Shown: positions 1 to 15,540 of the stretch, in pieces
Layout of the letters: every line of letters starts with the position of its first letter
How positions within the stretch are numbered: the stretch's first letter is position 1
From: the human T2T-CHM13v2.0 reference genome, Homo sapiens
Direction: 5' to 3' (one strand)
Assembly (NCBI RefSeq): GCF_009914755.1
Contig: NC_060926.1
DNA length: 64,000 nucleotides
Translations under genes and position numbers: made by a program
Notes under the pieces: model-generated
Database searches by the model: none
What the model saw: only the letters and a program-made list of their open reading frames with translations
Told to the model about the DNA's origin: nothing

Positions 1-280
1 CGGTGCGGCTTCTGCCGTTGCTGCTCGGGCCGCGCTGTCCTGGCAACTGCGCCAGGCGGCAGAGTCGCCTGCTTTGCGCTTGGCTGGAGAACCTTCCTCT
101 TCCACGTATCCTTCCCTGCCACACTCACCCACTTTCCCGCCCCTTATTGAGGGGTAGACGAAAACACCTTAAGCCGATAAAGAATGAAGCTGAAAGATTC
201 CGATAAACGCGTACCCTGAACTCAGCTTTTTAACCTAGTGTTTTGGCCTCATGGAAGCCGCACGTTCTTCATTTCACGCC
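1..280. promoter_or_regulatory. Edge of a CpG island / promoter flank
   Basis: About 11 CpGs in the first 120 bp against a CpG-depleted window. E2F-type TTTCCCGC (133-140) overlaps GC-box CCCGCCCC (136-143). CACGTA (HRE-like on the minus strand) at 103-108. The associated gene is not visible in the window. Confidence 0.7.
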
Positions 281-479
281 CTCACAAAACCCATGTAAAT
301 CTGGACACGGGCAAATGTAGCTGTTCAGCTGACAGGCTAATCTCAAAGGGTATTTCGTTTATACTTCCTCTTCGCGTTCTTTGCCAAGGGTAATTTACCA
401 GAAAAGAAAAGTAACTCAAAAGTCACAGTATCCGAGCTTCAGTGGGATTAGTATCTCGAAATGGCCCCTTGTTATCGTG

Positions 480-705
480 GGGTTAAAGGGTTCTGGATTG
501 GACAGAGCTGGGCATGAGTTAGTTGGGTCCCTCTCTCAGGTGCAAGACCTTGGGTGAGTCATTTAATTTTTAGCCTCACTTGTAAAATACAGGCAATAAG
601 ACCTATCTCGAAAGAATATTGAGGAAATTAGAATTATGCAAAGATTAGAATTAACAAAGTGTTAAAGTACCTGGCACAGGGTAGGACTCCAACAATTGGT
701 CACTA
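480..705. mobile_element. MIR SINE relic
   Basis: Degenerate MIR pattern: 'gaccttgggtgagtcattt...gcctcacttgtaaaatacagg...taaagtacctggcacag...ctcaacaa'. Confidence 0.6.
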
Positions 706-2728
706 TAATATGCCTTCCCCTTCATAGGAAATTTGCCCTTTTGGATTTCTAACTCCACAGATTTAAATGAATATTTTAAAAACCACATAAAAACTAACTG
801 CTTGGTCCCATCCAAAATAAACAAAGGCGTACATACCTGAAATATTTAACAGGTGGATAGTGAACACCTACTGTGTAAACTCGGTTTGATTATAATTGTA
901 ACTATAGAAGGGCTTACGAGATGCAGAGGTGAGGACCTTAGTCCTCTATAAGAGGTTCCAAAAAGGGTTCCTAGAGAAGGTAACTCCTAAATTGTCTAAT
1001 GTTATAAAATGGGCTAGGAAAAAGCAGGGAGGAAAGAAGGGAGCAAGTTCTGGGTGAAGTAAGTAACAGCAAAGGCCCGGAGGTGTGTAATTGCGTGGTA
1101 TGATGGAGGAGTTGCAAGGGGATAGGCATTACTAAAGCCCAAAGTAGACAGCCAGCCTCGTTAGGCAGAGAGGACGCTGGGAAATTAAAGAGGAATAAGG
1201 TTTAAATCTCAAAAGGCAGTTCCTTAAGAAGATTGTTGGTAGAATCCAGCTCAGAAAAAAAAAAAAAAAGAAATCATCACAGGCCATATCAAGGTCTGAG
1301 AATTTTCCAGTAAAAAGCACAAGCATGTAGACCCTTAAAACCCAGTGAACAGCATTTTTTGCAAGCCAAGGTGAAATCTTGCCTACTGAAGACAGCTCCC
1401 TAGAGAACATTGCCCTGCCCAGCAAGACCATTTCTGATGCTAACAGCTACCTGCATCCACTTGGAAGGCTTCAGTGGAATTTAACCTCCTTTAGCCAAGT
1501 TAGACATTTTCTCACACCATCAAAAATCTTTTCTTTGCCAGGCCAGAGGTGGGTCCTCTTTCTTTCAGTCATGCAAACCAGGCATTAAATGCTCTTCCAA
1601 TTAGCATTGGCAACCCTGTGACCTTCTTTTCAGATGAATGACCAGTCAGTGCAAACTCAGGACCCTGTGCTTCTATTGTCCTCGCTAATGTGGTGACGTA
1701 ATGATGGTGGGGGGAAAGGAGATTTAATTAACTTTATCCTGTGAATGGAATACCATCGAGACAGAATGTTACTTAAAAGCGGACACCTCTGCTTCAGAAT
1801 CTGAGCTGAAAACGGAGCCCTAAGGCCTCCGTTTCATTACTCTGCATTCTGGTAGCTTCCAGGTCTTTCCAAGGTATTCCTCAGAAATTTGTCTCTGATT
1901 ACTCCTCAAATCCTCAGATGGAAGAGCCATCAATGATCTTTTCTTTCAACTTAGTCACTAAAAATACTCTCTTTACACAGTACCCCATTAGTATGCAGTG
2001 ATTTTACTGCATGAAATTTTTAATGATGGGAAATTGAATGACAAAATGAATAATCACCTCCTCTAGAAAATGAATTTTTAAAAAGATGGATGTCTAGCAT
2101 ATAACAAGTGCATCGTTAAGTCTGAAATACAGGTGCATGCTCAGAGATGTATGTATCCATCTCTGGAGTTTAAAGCCTCCAGGAGCTTTTAAACAAATAT
2201 TTAGGTGTGAAATATGTTTGTTAAAACAGATACATAAAAGTCCTCCCAGGTTTCTTAGGTTGGATTTCCGTAAAGCCTCTCTTGCAGAACTTTCCTTGCT
2301 GACCTCTCTTAGAAGAGAAAGAAAATGAGAAAAAAGTCAAGAGTTACATTTAAAGCCATTGTGGTTTATGTGTATTTGAGACTGTTTCAAGTCAATTTAT
2401 TTATAGAGCATTTGTCTTCCACAACATGACATACAGTGCTGCCTGACTTTGGCAATTGCCACTGAGAAGGTTGGTGATGACCAACATGCCAAGGCCAAGA
2501 AGGTGGTTGTCCTTGAATTTTCCTGTCCTGACTGGTAAAACCTTACAGCTCTCTGCCTTTGCCCATGTTGGGAAAGTGAGAATGTACTTCCTCTCCACAC
2601 CTCTTCCTCAATTTGCAGGTCAGAGATAACACAAGCCCTATCCTTTGACACTTCCTTCCCATAGCTTCCCTCCTCCAGCCATCTGTGCTAATGACCAAGG
2701 TGAAGGGCAAAGGGACAATCACAGTAGC

Positions 2729-3303
<575 letters not shown>

Positions 3304-3736
3304 CCCAGTAGCATTCTTGATTTTAAGGCCTATGTGTTTCTCAACAGATAAAAGAAATAAATCCTAAATATCCTAAGGCATTGAATTATGTATTGAATCA
3401 ACTTCTATGCATCTAGAATGGTACTAGTTATGTACCAGCCTTGAGAGAATAGTACTGAAATCAATTTCTTGTTCTGTGGTTCAGATAAAGAGCCCTGGTT
3501 CAGAAAGTTAAACTATCCTTCCTCCAAGATTATGGGAAAAAACGGAGCTGGGTCAGGAATCCAGCCAGGTCATGTTTTGCTGAGATGGGAGTTGAAGAGT
3601 ACAGAGAAGGAAATGAATCCCCCAGATACCTTGAATGGGTTTCTGCTCACATACACACAGGAAAAATTGGGTGCCTTCAGCTTTGATATTAACAATCATT
3701 TATTTGCTCACTCAAAAAATTTCAGATGTCAGTTTA

Positions 3737-3851
3737 AGGGTGATCAATCTCCTGGATTTGCCTAGGACTGGAGGTTTTCCTGGAATGCTAGACTTTCAGT
3801 GCTAAAACCAGACAGTTCCAAGCAAACCAGGGTGGTTGGTGGGTCACTCTG
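3737..3851 (+). mobile_element. MER81-like hAT DNA transposon fossil
   Basis: Termini AGGGTGATCA...GGTCACTCT and internal 'gactttcagtgctaaaacc' match recalled MER81. Confidence 0.75.
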
Positions 3852-4339
3852 GAAACCATGACCACTCATTCTATAAATACCAGTAGCCTATGAGGTGCTA
3901 GAAAGGTGCTGTGCTAAAGATGAACGTGGGAGACCATGGAAGCACATGGTGACAAGCTAATGGGTAAGTAGGGAGCTTCCTAGAGAATGTGATCTGTAGA
4001 AGTTTGGGCAAAGGTGGAGAAAGAGAAAAGAAACACAAAGGAACAGAGACATCATCATTACCATCTCCATTGTCAACATCATCCTCAGGTCCACTCTCCA
4101 CACTACACCTACTCCACAGGCCCTGGAAGCAGGCTCTGGGCTGTTTGAACAAGGAATTCTGTGGTCCTGGGGACCTGGTATAGTCTAGAAGGGGTAGGAG
4201 TGTGTGGGCTCTGCGTGAGGAAGTCCCCTTGGCCTGTGTGTGGAGTACACCTGGAGGAAGGACAGAACAGAGTCCTCTAAAAGGAGGCTAAGGGAGCTTC
4301 TCTCTTACCCAAGTCTATAGACAGTGCTGAAAATGCCTG

Positions 4340-4860
4340 CTGGCAACACCTCCTAGAGGCCCTCAGGCATCACATCCAAAACTGAACACATGATCTTTTC
4401 ACCCAGACATCCTCTCCTCTATTCTGGTCTCATTAAAAAGTGCCTCCCTCACTCTGTCACCAAAGCTACACTGAACCACTCCCAGGTATCTGGATGTGCT
4501 GTGCACTTTCCCACTCCCACATCTTTGCGTGTGCTGCTCCCTCTGCCTAGAAAGTCTTTTCCTCCTTTTCCACTGCCTGCTGAACATCTGCTTATACTTG
4601 ACCCAAGCATCACATCCCCTGTGATGTCTTCCTATCTCCACCAGTGCCTCTCCTTGTGACTCAAAGTGAAATAATCATTATCTCTCAAAATATCCTTAAA
4701 GCTTGATGGTACTATTTTCTTACAGGTTGGTTGCCCCAACTAGGCTGAGCTCCTTGAGGGACCTTATTTATGTCTGTACCCTTACCACCTGGCATGATGC
4801 TGGGACATAGCTAATGCTAAATACATTTTGTTGAATGGATAGGTAGATGAATGAACGAAA
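4340..4860 (+). mobile_element. L2 LINE 3' fragment
   Basis: 'tgagctccttgaggg...' and terminal 'ttttgttgaatggat...atgaatgaa' typical of the L2 3' end. Confidence 0.65.
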
Positions 4861-5040
4861 ATATTATCATTTTGTACATGCCTTTTTCACATGGCTTTTA
4901 ATATTCAGATAGTGTTTACAAAGCATATGTTGTCTTAAAAATAATGAAAAAATTTTTTTTATCAGAGAAAGTAGCCAGCAGGGCAATTCTAATCTTCTTA
5001 TGGAAGTTACTATTTAAATCAATTTGAAAATGGTAAATAC

Positions 5041-5340
5041 GCTGGGCACGGTGGCTCATGCCTGTAATCCCAGCACTTTGGGAGGCCGAGTCCGGTGGAT
5101 CATGAGATCAGGAGTTCGAGACCAGCCTGGCCAAGATGATGAAACCTCGTCTCTACCAAAAATACAAAAATTAGCCAAGTGTGGTGGTGCACGCCTGTAG
5201 CCCCAGCTACTCGGGAGGCTGAGGCAGAGATTTGCTTGAACCCGGGCAGTGGAGGTTGCAGTGAGCTGAGTTTGTGCCACTGCACTCCAGTCTGGTCAAC
5301 AGAGTTAGACTCTATCTCAAAAAAAAAAAAAAAAAAAAGA
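5041..5340 (+). mobile_element. AluS element
   Basis: Full dimer with poly(A). TSD GAAAATGGTAAATAC / GAAAATGCTAAATAC. Confidence 0.95.
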
Positions 5341-6438
5341 AAGAAAATGCTAAATACATACTTGTTCAAATATAGCTTTCATCTTCTTTGGGTTTTTGTA
5401 TTGTACAATAATTCTGTATACAATTTTTAAATTGTGGTTTTTCTCATCTTATTTAGAGAATTTATGGTTCAGACCATATTAGCTTCATGAAATTATGAAT
5501 TAAAGCAATTAACCACCAAGTAATTAAGCTGTAAAAATGTTGTGCTTTCACTCTGAATGGTTTCCAGAAACAAGGTGATTGATATTTTGGTGTATTGTTG
5601 GCAGCATGGAAGGCTATATGGAGGTGTGAATTTTTGCAAAGGTACCTCAAAGTGTAACTTCATTTTCTTCATATTGGCTTGCTTTTTTAGTATCTTTTGG
5701 CAAGTTTGACAGGTAGAAATTGGGATGCCCATTCTCAAGGCTGGGAATTTGGCGTTGCTGAGGACCTCTCTGTCCTTTTTCACGCTGTCTTCCATTCCCG
5801 TTTAACTAGCTAGTCAGTATTTCTAGGCTCTGCTTGTGGAACTTGGCATAAATCATTGTCTGCTTTGAAAGATTTTTTGGATGTTCCAAATAAACTACCT
5901 ACCCATCTTCTTTCTCTTCTCCATATTTCAATATTCTTTGTTCTGTGCTCAGGATCACATTATCTATTTTATCTTCCATGGAACTCTTGGTAACAATGTC
6001 AGTTTGGAAGCTCATCTGCCATTTTTGCTCTCTGTTTGAGATGCACTGACCTCTCTTCTGAAGGGAAATCAGGAACCAGGGACCAGACAGTCCGAGAAGG
6101 CAGCTGTCACCTTGATGAGGGCATGGGATCAGATGAGTACCCTGTTAAGGCTGGATTGGAAGGGTATGGATTAATTCCTGAACACTGTAAATCCCTCATG
6201 TTATTCGTTTTTATTTTTGATGCTCTGAAATCACGTCAATACAAGAAAGAGAGTATATTTGCTGGGGAATTTTCCCCTCTTGTGGCTTCAGAATATCTGC
6301 AGAGAGCCTTTCCTGGAAGGGAAGAGCTTAGTTTCCCCTCTGTATGAGGAAATAGGAGTCACTTAGGGAATATATCTTTCTTCTTTACAATAACAGGATT
6401 GATTAGGAATGAAAGAGCTTATGTTTTGCCAGGAGTAA

Positions 6439-6919
<481 letters not shown>

Positions 6920-7255
6920 TAGAAATTTCATTTTCAATTTAATTTGAAAGATTTCAAATGTACAAAAAGTTGAAAAATAGTATCTTAACCACTCATATAC
7001 TATCCACCTAGGTTCAGCAATGGCTGATGTTTGTTACATTTGCTTTACTTTCTCTGTCTCTGTCTCTTCCTTTCTCTATACACACATACACATACACACC
7101 ACATACAGACATGCAGATTTTTTTGAAGTGAATCATTTTAAAGTTGTAGACATCATACATCAGCACCAAATTCCAGCATATTTCTCCTAAGAACAAGGAT
7201 ATTCTCCTGTAAAACCACAACACCGTTATCAAACTGTTTAAAAAATTGCGTATCA

Positions 7256-7574
<319 letters not shown>

Positions 7575-7683
7575 CTATATTTAGGTTTCCCCATTTGTTC
7601 CCCAAATGCTTTTATAGCTGTTTTATTTTCTCTAACTCAGATCCAACAAGAGCCATACTTTGCAAAGTTATATCTCTTTAGAC

Positions 7684-8477
<794 letters not shown>

Positions 8478-10039
8478 TAGATCAGTTCTCCCACCTTTGC
8501 TTGTTTATTCATGACACTGATATTTTTGAAGACTCAGGACAGTTTTCTTTTAAAATGTTTACATTTTAGATTTGTCTGATTGTTTCCTCATAGTGTCATT
8601 TAACTTGTACCTCTACCTCTGCATTTCCTATAAATTACAATTTAGTCTAAAGGCTTGACAAGATTAAGCTTGAAGACTTTTGGCAAAAATACTTCGCAGG
8701 TAATATTTGTGTATTTCACACTGCATAATCTCAAGAGCATCTAATAGCAATTGTTCCACTATTAGTGATGATATATTTGATCACTTAGTTATGATGACAT
8801 TTACCAGACATCACCATTGTAAAGCTACATTTCCCGCTTTAATTAAGTCATCTTATAAAGTCATCTGTGGGGCAAAGCTCTGTCTTTGTGTGAATATTCT
8901 GTTTCCCCAAATCTTTACCTAGTGATTTTATCACCCATTGATGATCCTTGTCTAAATCAATAATTACATTGTAGGTTGAAAAATTATGGGTTTTCTATTC
9001 TGTAATCCCTTCTGCATGTACTAGCTAGCATTCTTTTTGTAACGAAGTACTTTCTTTTCCCTTTCTCTCTTGTTGTAAGCATTACTATTGACTGGCAGAA
9101 TTTTTTTTTCTAATTCAGTGTATTATAATCAGTTACATTCACATTAATTTTTGGTGCTCAAGTTGTCTCATATTTGGCCAGTATGGACTATTCAAGCCGC
9201 TCCTGTGTCCTTTTATCTTTTTGATATTTCTCCATCCATTTTTGGGTACTTTCTTGCTTTCTGGCACAAAATGTTCCAGACTCACCTTGTACTTTCTCTG
9301 CTTGGACCCAGGATCAGCATTTTATTCAAGGATCCTCAGAGACTTTTAATGCATCCTTTTTTTTTTTCATTCTAAACTTTAAAAAAGTCACCATTTTATA
9401 TATTTTGCACTCATCCTGTCCATAAACACTTCAATGGCTCTCCCTAGGCCTTCAGAAACATTTCCTCTCAATACAGCCTTTATCCTGAACCCTTGCTCTC
9501 AGCACTCAATTCTTCATGCCATCTCTGTGTAGCTCCTTCAGTTCTTCCCCAAGGTGTCATATTTGGGGGTGTAAAAAGTGAGCACTGGATCAAACTGGAA
9601 TATGGATAATATCATAAAGCCCACTGGGAAGCGGCAGGTGAAAGGTTGAGATGGGCAGGGCCTGGACAAAAGAAAAGCATGGACCCTCAGCCAGCAGGAT
9701 GCAATTATAACTGCCTTTGGCAGAGAGACCACATCTTCCCACAGCCCCCACTCTGATCCTTACACTTGCTGCTGCTGCTGGTGTTGCTGCTGCTTTGTGC
9801 CGCCTTTCTGGGAGGCAGAGAAGCCTTGGAAAGAACAGGAGCTTTGCTTTATTCTAAGAGTTCAATACTTGGTCTCCTTAGGGAGACCCCAAGGTCAGGA
9901 GAGAAAAAGAGTGACAGCCATTGCCCCAGTTCCCCATTCCAATATTCATACAAACCCATTAGACTATTATTTGGACTGTTTGTACCCATGTTAATTTTCT
10001 CTTGTGTTCAAGTTTCTTTATTTGAATATATTTTGTCTT

Positions 10040-10081
10040 ATATACAGCCATACCACCCTGAATGCACCCAATCTTGTCTGA
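10040..10081 (+). pseudogene. 3'-truncated (tailless) 5S rRNA retropseudogene, nt 1-42
   Basis: ATATACAGCCATACCACCCTGAATGCACCCAATCTTGTCTGA matches 5S GTCTACGGCCATACCACCCTGAACGCGCCCGATCTCGTCTGA at 35/42, and 5 of the 7 differences are CpG decay. TSD GAATATATTTTGTCT (10024-10038) / GAATATATTTGGTCT (10080-10094). Confidence 0.85.
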
Positions 10082-10978
10082 ATATATTTGGTCTAGGTTT
10101 ACTGTGTCTCTTAGTAGTAAATAAAACTGGAATAATTTTACTTGCCAGTGATTCTTAGTTAACTTTATCGTATTAAAACTTTTAGTTGTGACCAAAAGCT
10201 CTCCTTCAGCAGCGTCCTTCTGTGTCAAGTGAAGTTATCTCCAGCAAGCCCTGCGTTCTGTTTCCCCTCCCCAGCAAGCACCTCATGGGCTGTGCTCTCT
10301 TCTGTCTCCGAGTCACTTGACATTGTATAGGGGACCCCTTGTTGCACAGGGACTACTCAGGAAGTAGGGATTTGCATCCACATCACCACCAACTAGCTCT
10401 GTCATCTGGAATAAGCCCCGCATAGCCTCTCTGGGCCTCAGATGGCAAGTCTGTCACATGATCTCTTGATTTAAAGGAGATTAGTAAAGTCCCTTTGGAT
10501 AGTAAGAACCAGCATAATATTAACTTTTCTTGCTGTCACTTAACAATATGAATTGGTTTTGTTTAAGAACCAGGTGCTCGTTGGATTAAATTTAGAAAAT
10601 TGGCCTGCCTGTGATCTTTCTCTTTCTGCCTCTCTCTCTCTCTCTCACCCTCACTAAAAGCAGCACATGCACGCTGCTAGGAATCCTTTCCCTCAAGTTA
10701 TAGATCGTTTCAGTGGGAAGAGATTTCAGAGGTCATTTAGTGCAACCCTCTAATGAGGAAATTAAGACCCTAAAGTTGGGGTGATTTGCCCAAGATCCTG
10801 CATAGTTGGAGAAAGAGTCAGATCTAGAACCCATTTCCCTGGCTCCAAGCTGGTCTCCTATATCATATGAATGACTGACTCCCATTGCTACCCTCTTTAA
10901 AATTCTGCTGATTCTCTAACCCAGCCATAGCAACTGCGGTAACCCCCATCTTCCACCCTTATCACCTCTTCGTGTGTG

Positions 10979-11408
10979 TTTTTATTATTTTGTTGTTGTT
11001 GTTGTTTCTTGAGACAGGGTCTTACTCCAGTTGCCCAGGCTGGAGTACAATGGCATAATCTTGGATCTTGGTTCACTGTATCCTTGACCTCCTGGGCTCA
11101 GATGATTCTCCCACCTCAGCCTCCTGAGTAGCTGGGACTACAGGAGTGCAATACCACATCCGGCTAATTTTTTGTATTTGTAGTAGAGACGGGGTTTCGC
11201 CATGTTGTACAGACTGATCTCAAACTTCTGGTCTCTCTGCCAAAGGCAGTTATAATTGCATGCTGCTGGCTGAGGGTCCATGCTTTTCTTTTGTCCGGGC
11301 CCTGACCATCTCAACCTTTCACCTGCCGCTCAAACTTCTGGGTTCAAGCGATCTGCCTCTGCCTCCTAAAATGCTGGGATTACAGGCGTGAGCCACCATG
11401 CCCAGGCT
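10979..11408 (-). mobile_element. AluJ-like element carrying a ~100-bp non-Alu insertion
   Basis: Alu match is interrupted at 11232-11328 by an inverted copy of 9630-9731. Confidence 0.9.
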
Positions 11409-11459
11409 GTGTGCATTTTTAATCACTTCTCATTATGCTAATAGTAACTAACTTTTTCA

Positions 11460-11690
11460 AACACTGTATCCACTATGTTGTTGGAACTGTGCTAAGCATT
11501 TTACATTTAGTGTCACATTGAATCCCCATGTGACTTATAGGGGCAGTTCTGCAACCATTCAAGTTTACAGATGGAGTAGCTAAGGCAAAAAGGATTTACA
11601 TAATTTGCCCAATGTCACACAGCTAGTAGGCCTCAGATTTCTAACTAATTTCTGCCTGAATCCCAGACTCAAACAGTGTGCTTTTCTGCT
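11460..11690. mobile_element. MIR SINE relic
   Basis: 'tttacagatggagtagctaaggca...taatttgcccaatgtcacacagctagtagg' MIR core. Confidence 0.65.
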
Positions 11691-11797
11691 TGGGAGTACT
11701 TGTTTTCTCATTCACTCATTCATTAATCACAGGTTCTTCAGTACCTGCTAGTGCCCAACACTGAAGTAGGCACTAGGAGAACAAAGAAACAAATAGA

Positions 11798-12411
<614 letters not shown>

Positions 12412-15344
12412 TTAACAAACAATCAGCAATAAGAAAAGTTGAATACCTACTATATACTAGGTACCATGATGGGCACCTGGAAGATAGAAAGACAAGGAAG
12501 ACAACCAGAACATTCAGCCCAGTAAGAAGTAAAGCAAGGTTGGGGTGCGTATAATATCTTATTGTGGATGTGATCACAAGTGGCTGAGCTTTAGGATTGT
12601 CTGAAGCATCTTGGAAAAGAGAATTATTTTCCATTGGGAGGTAGAAAATGACAAAATGAGATATTCTAGGAGTTTAAGAAGAGGAGACATAGTTTAGGGT
12701 TTGAAGTGAGGACATGAAAGTAGGCCTGGTGGCCCTCCAGTCTTTTCTTCCTCCTCTACGTCAAGGGGCAGGTTCCCTTAAGATTGGAGTTTGATTTACT
12801 TTAATTGTACTAGTGTAGACCAACTCATTCCTGAGGCTGCTACACACTTATGAGTGAATCATTTAACTATTTTTATTTCATTGCTAGACTTTGGAATTTA
12901 TTGAGTCAACTTAAAATCTTAAAAACAATACATTTGGTCAGTTTGGCCTGTGGCCCAGTTTAGTTTGAACAGAGATATCCACATCTCTTCATTGGAGACT
13001 GCTTCACAGTTATTGAATTATGGAGTGAACATAATACTGTCATTAACAGTACAAAATCATTTCTTCCAATAATGATGTTGGCTAATGACTTCCTCTCCAC
13101 TAGAACTTTGTATCCTTCATTCTGAAGTTTTATGATGCAGTAAAATAAAAGAAACAGTAACAACAACAAATGGAGTTTCCTGAAGAGAGGTAGAATCTTA
13201 ATTCTTCAGACAGTTAGCTTTTGTAGCTCTTTAGACATTAGTTTTAATACATTAAAATATGCCAACTAGCCTTGAGGGAGTTAAAATAGATGGCCTCCCA
13301 AGGTTCTTCCCAGCCCCAGCATTCTGAGATATTTCATCTAGGTATTGATCCCTTTTTCAGTGATTTCACTTGTGCAGTATGCCTTTATTCCAGTAAGCAC
13401 TGGGCTGTGAAAGTTACACAATCCTTTTGCAAAAGGATTGAAGTTGAACAGGTTTTTACAATATGGCAGGCTCCTGAAGGGCTATCTTCCTGGAGGTTCC
13501 AGCCCAACCAACAAGCTGCCTCTTTATACCAGTCTGTGCTATGTAGTTTTATAAATTGAAAATGGAAAATTTCCCCCTGACTTTGAGGGCAGTATATTTG
13601 TAGTTCTGTGGTATGTGATGATCTAATACCCTGAAAGCCTGTTACCATTCGACAAAAGCTGAGGTCAATTATGATTCCCCATCAGTGACCCACAGCATCT
13701 CTCATGCTTTTCTCTGCAGTCTATTTTGAAGAGCAGTCACTGTAACATTTTTAAAGGGAACCAGAATTATTATTCCAATGATAAACTGCTACACAGACAG
13801 ACATTCTTTTATGATTCATTGAAGTGCAGGTCTTAAGAGGTTATGCATTCTGTCTCAGTGTTTATTAAAGAGAGTGAAGAGAAATAGATCAGAGAACAAA
13901 TCAAACATTGCACATCATAGATGCCAAGCACAACAGAATAATCCTCCAATATTAATATATAGGCTACATAATCCCACTGTGCAAAAACATGTTTTATTCA
14001 GGAAAACAACAAGTCAAGTAATCTCTCTATAGAAAGCCATTTACACTTCATTTGGAAATTGAATTCATAATCTTTAATAAAGCCTGTTTATACCAAAGAT
14101 GGAGTTTCAAATAAATAAAACAAAACACAATGATAAATTAGCTTCCTAGCCTTTATATGTTTATTGCATTGTAATCATTCAAACCCACTGAAGTCAAATT
14201 TGTTTTACCAATTTCCTAAATTCAATCCAATAAGCACCTCATTCTTACACAAAACCAATTTATATTGTTAAGTGACAGCAAGAAAAATTAATATTGTGCT
14301 GGTTCTTACTATCCAAAGGGACTTTACTAAATGTAAATAATAGGATTTTACCATCCAGAAATCTATTATTCAAATGTAAATTCTTAGCACATATTCTGAT
14401 ACCCTTAAAATGGCAATGAAATAAAAAGCTGACCCTGGGGAACATGTCATACCCAACATGTTAAATAGGATGCCCAGGGCCTTGGTTAGAAAATAAAGAG
14501 CCATGCTAGAATTGTATTGAAAAATCATGATGACAAAGCCCTTTCCATTTAAAAATCACAGTTCATCAACATCATCGAATCAATGGCTGGAAATGAATGG
14601 AGAGGTGGTCTCATTCTGCTCTCTGCTTGGCACCCAGCTTTGGATAATGCATTCACGTCACTAGCTACAAATCAGGCCAAGAGACTCTGCTCAGCAAATT
14701 CCCTAGGACAGCAGGGTTTCTCCTCGGCAGAGGCCCAAGCTGGGCTGAAGCCTCCCTGCTGCTGCCTGCTGCAGACCTTCCTCCCCCTGATCCACTCTCA
14801 GCCTCTGGGATGTCGGCTGTCCCAGGAAATCCAAAATGCTTTCCCTTGTAGGAGCTTGAACACATGCAATCTTTCTCAACACCGGGGCTGCAAAGGCCTT
14901 AAAACATTTACTCCTCCCAAGTCTGCCTTATTAAACGATGTGAGAGATTTTTCTTAAGTGGGATTCTCTGACTGAGGTTGCTGTTTGAAAGGAGACCTGT
15001 GGCCATGTGGGGCAAGTCTGAGATAGGCTCTATTTAAGCCGAGCACTTCACGTCATTCCACTCTGCCTTGTTTTCAGTTGAGGGAAGGGAGGGATGATGA
15101 TTCCTCTTGGGGGAATGTGGGAGGAAAGGTAAACAGTGCACGTGAACTTCCAAGAGCTGCCTAGAACCAAGAAAGGCACATTCTCTCCTTCCCATTCATG
15201 GGGCAAATATTTACCGAGCCAGGACTCTGCATAGCGTTGCATGTAGCTCGGTAATGGCTTCACAGGACCCAGAGTTTTAGGACTATGGAGGCTCCCTGTA
15301 TTCACCTAGTTAAGCTTGTATGGGGAATGGGGAAAAAAGTATTT

Positions 15345-15540
15345 CATAGACAGGCAGACCTGGTTTGAATCCTATGGCACCACTTAATAACTGTTGCCTT
15401 TGAGGGAGTCACTTGGCTTCTCTGAGCTTCAGTTTCCTCGCCTGTACTTTACAGGATAATAGCATCTATCTTGGAGTGTTGCTGTGAGAATGAGAGTTAG
15501 TGCATGTCAAGTGCCTAGTTCAGGGTCTGGCACTGAGTCA
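15345..15540. mobile_element. MIR SINE relic
   Basis: 'agacctggtttgaatcc...tcacttggcttctctgagcttcagtttcctc'. Confidence 0.65.

Noticed and set aside
3-206. 67-aa ORF with a signal-peptide-like start (MRLLPLLLG)
   Set aside because: It begins at GTG at the window edge in GC-rich promoter DNA, has no recognisable domain and no matching splice donor. Most likely a compositional artefact.
1-280. Assigning a gene name to the promoter or locus
   Set aside because: No exon or sequence that I reliably recognise. A BLAT search against the human genome would settle it.
1807-1836. Hairpin AAACGGAG...CTCCGTTT as a terminator or miRNA
   Set aside because: An 8-bp stem is too short for a pre-miRNA and is expected occasionally by chance. 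Intrinsic terminators do not apply in this context.
9766-10158. 130-aa hydrophobic ORF
   Set aside because: The Leu run comes from a short (CTG)n tract, the start codon is TTG, and the ORF runs through the 5S pseudogene fragment.
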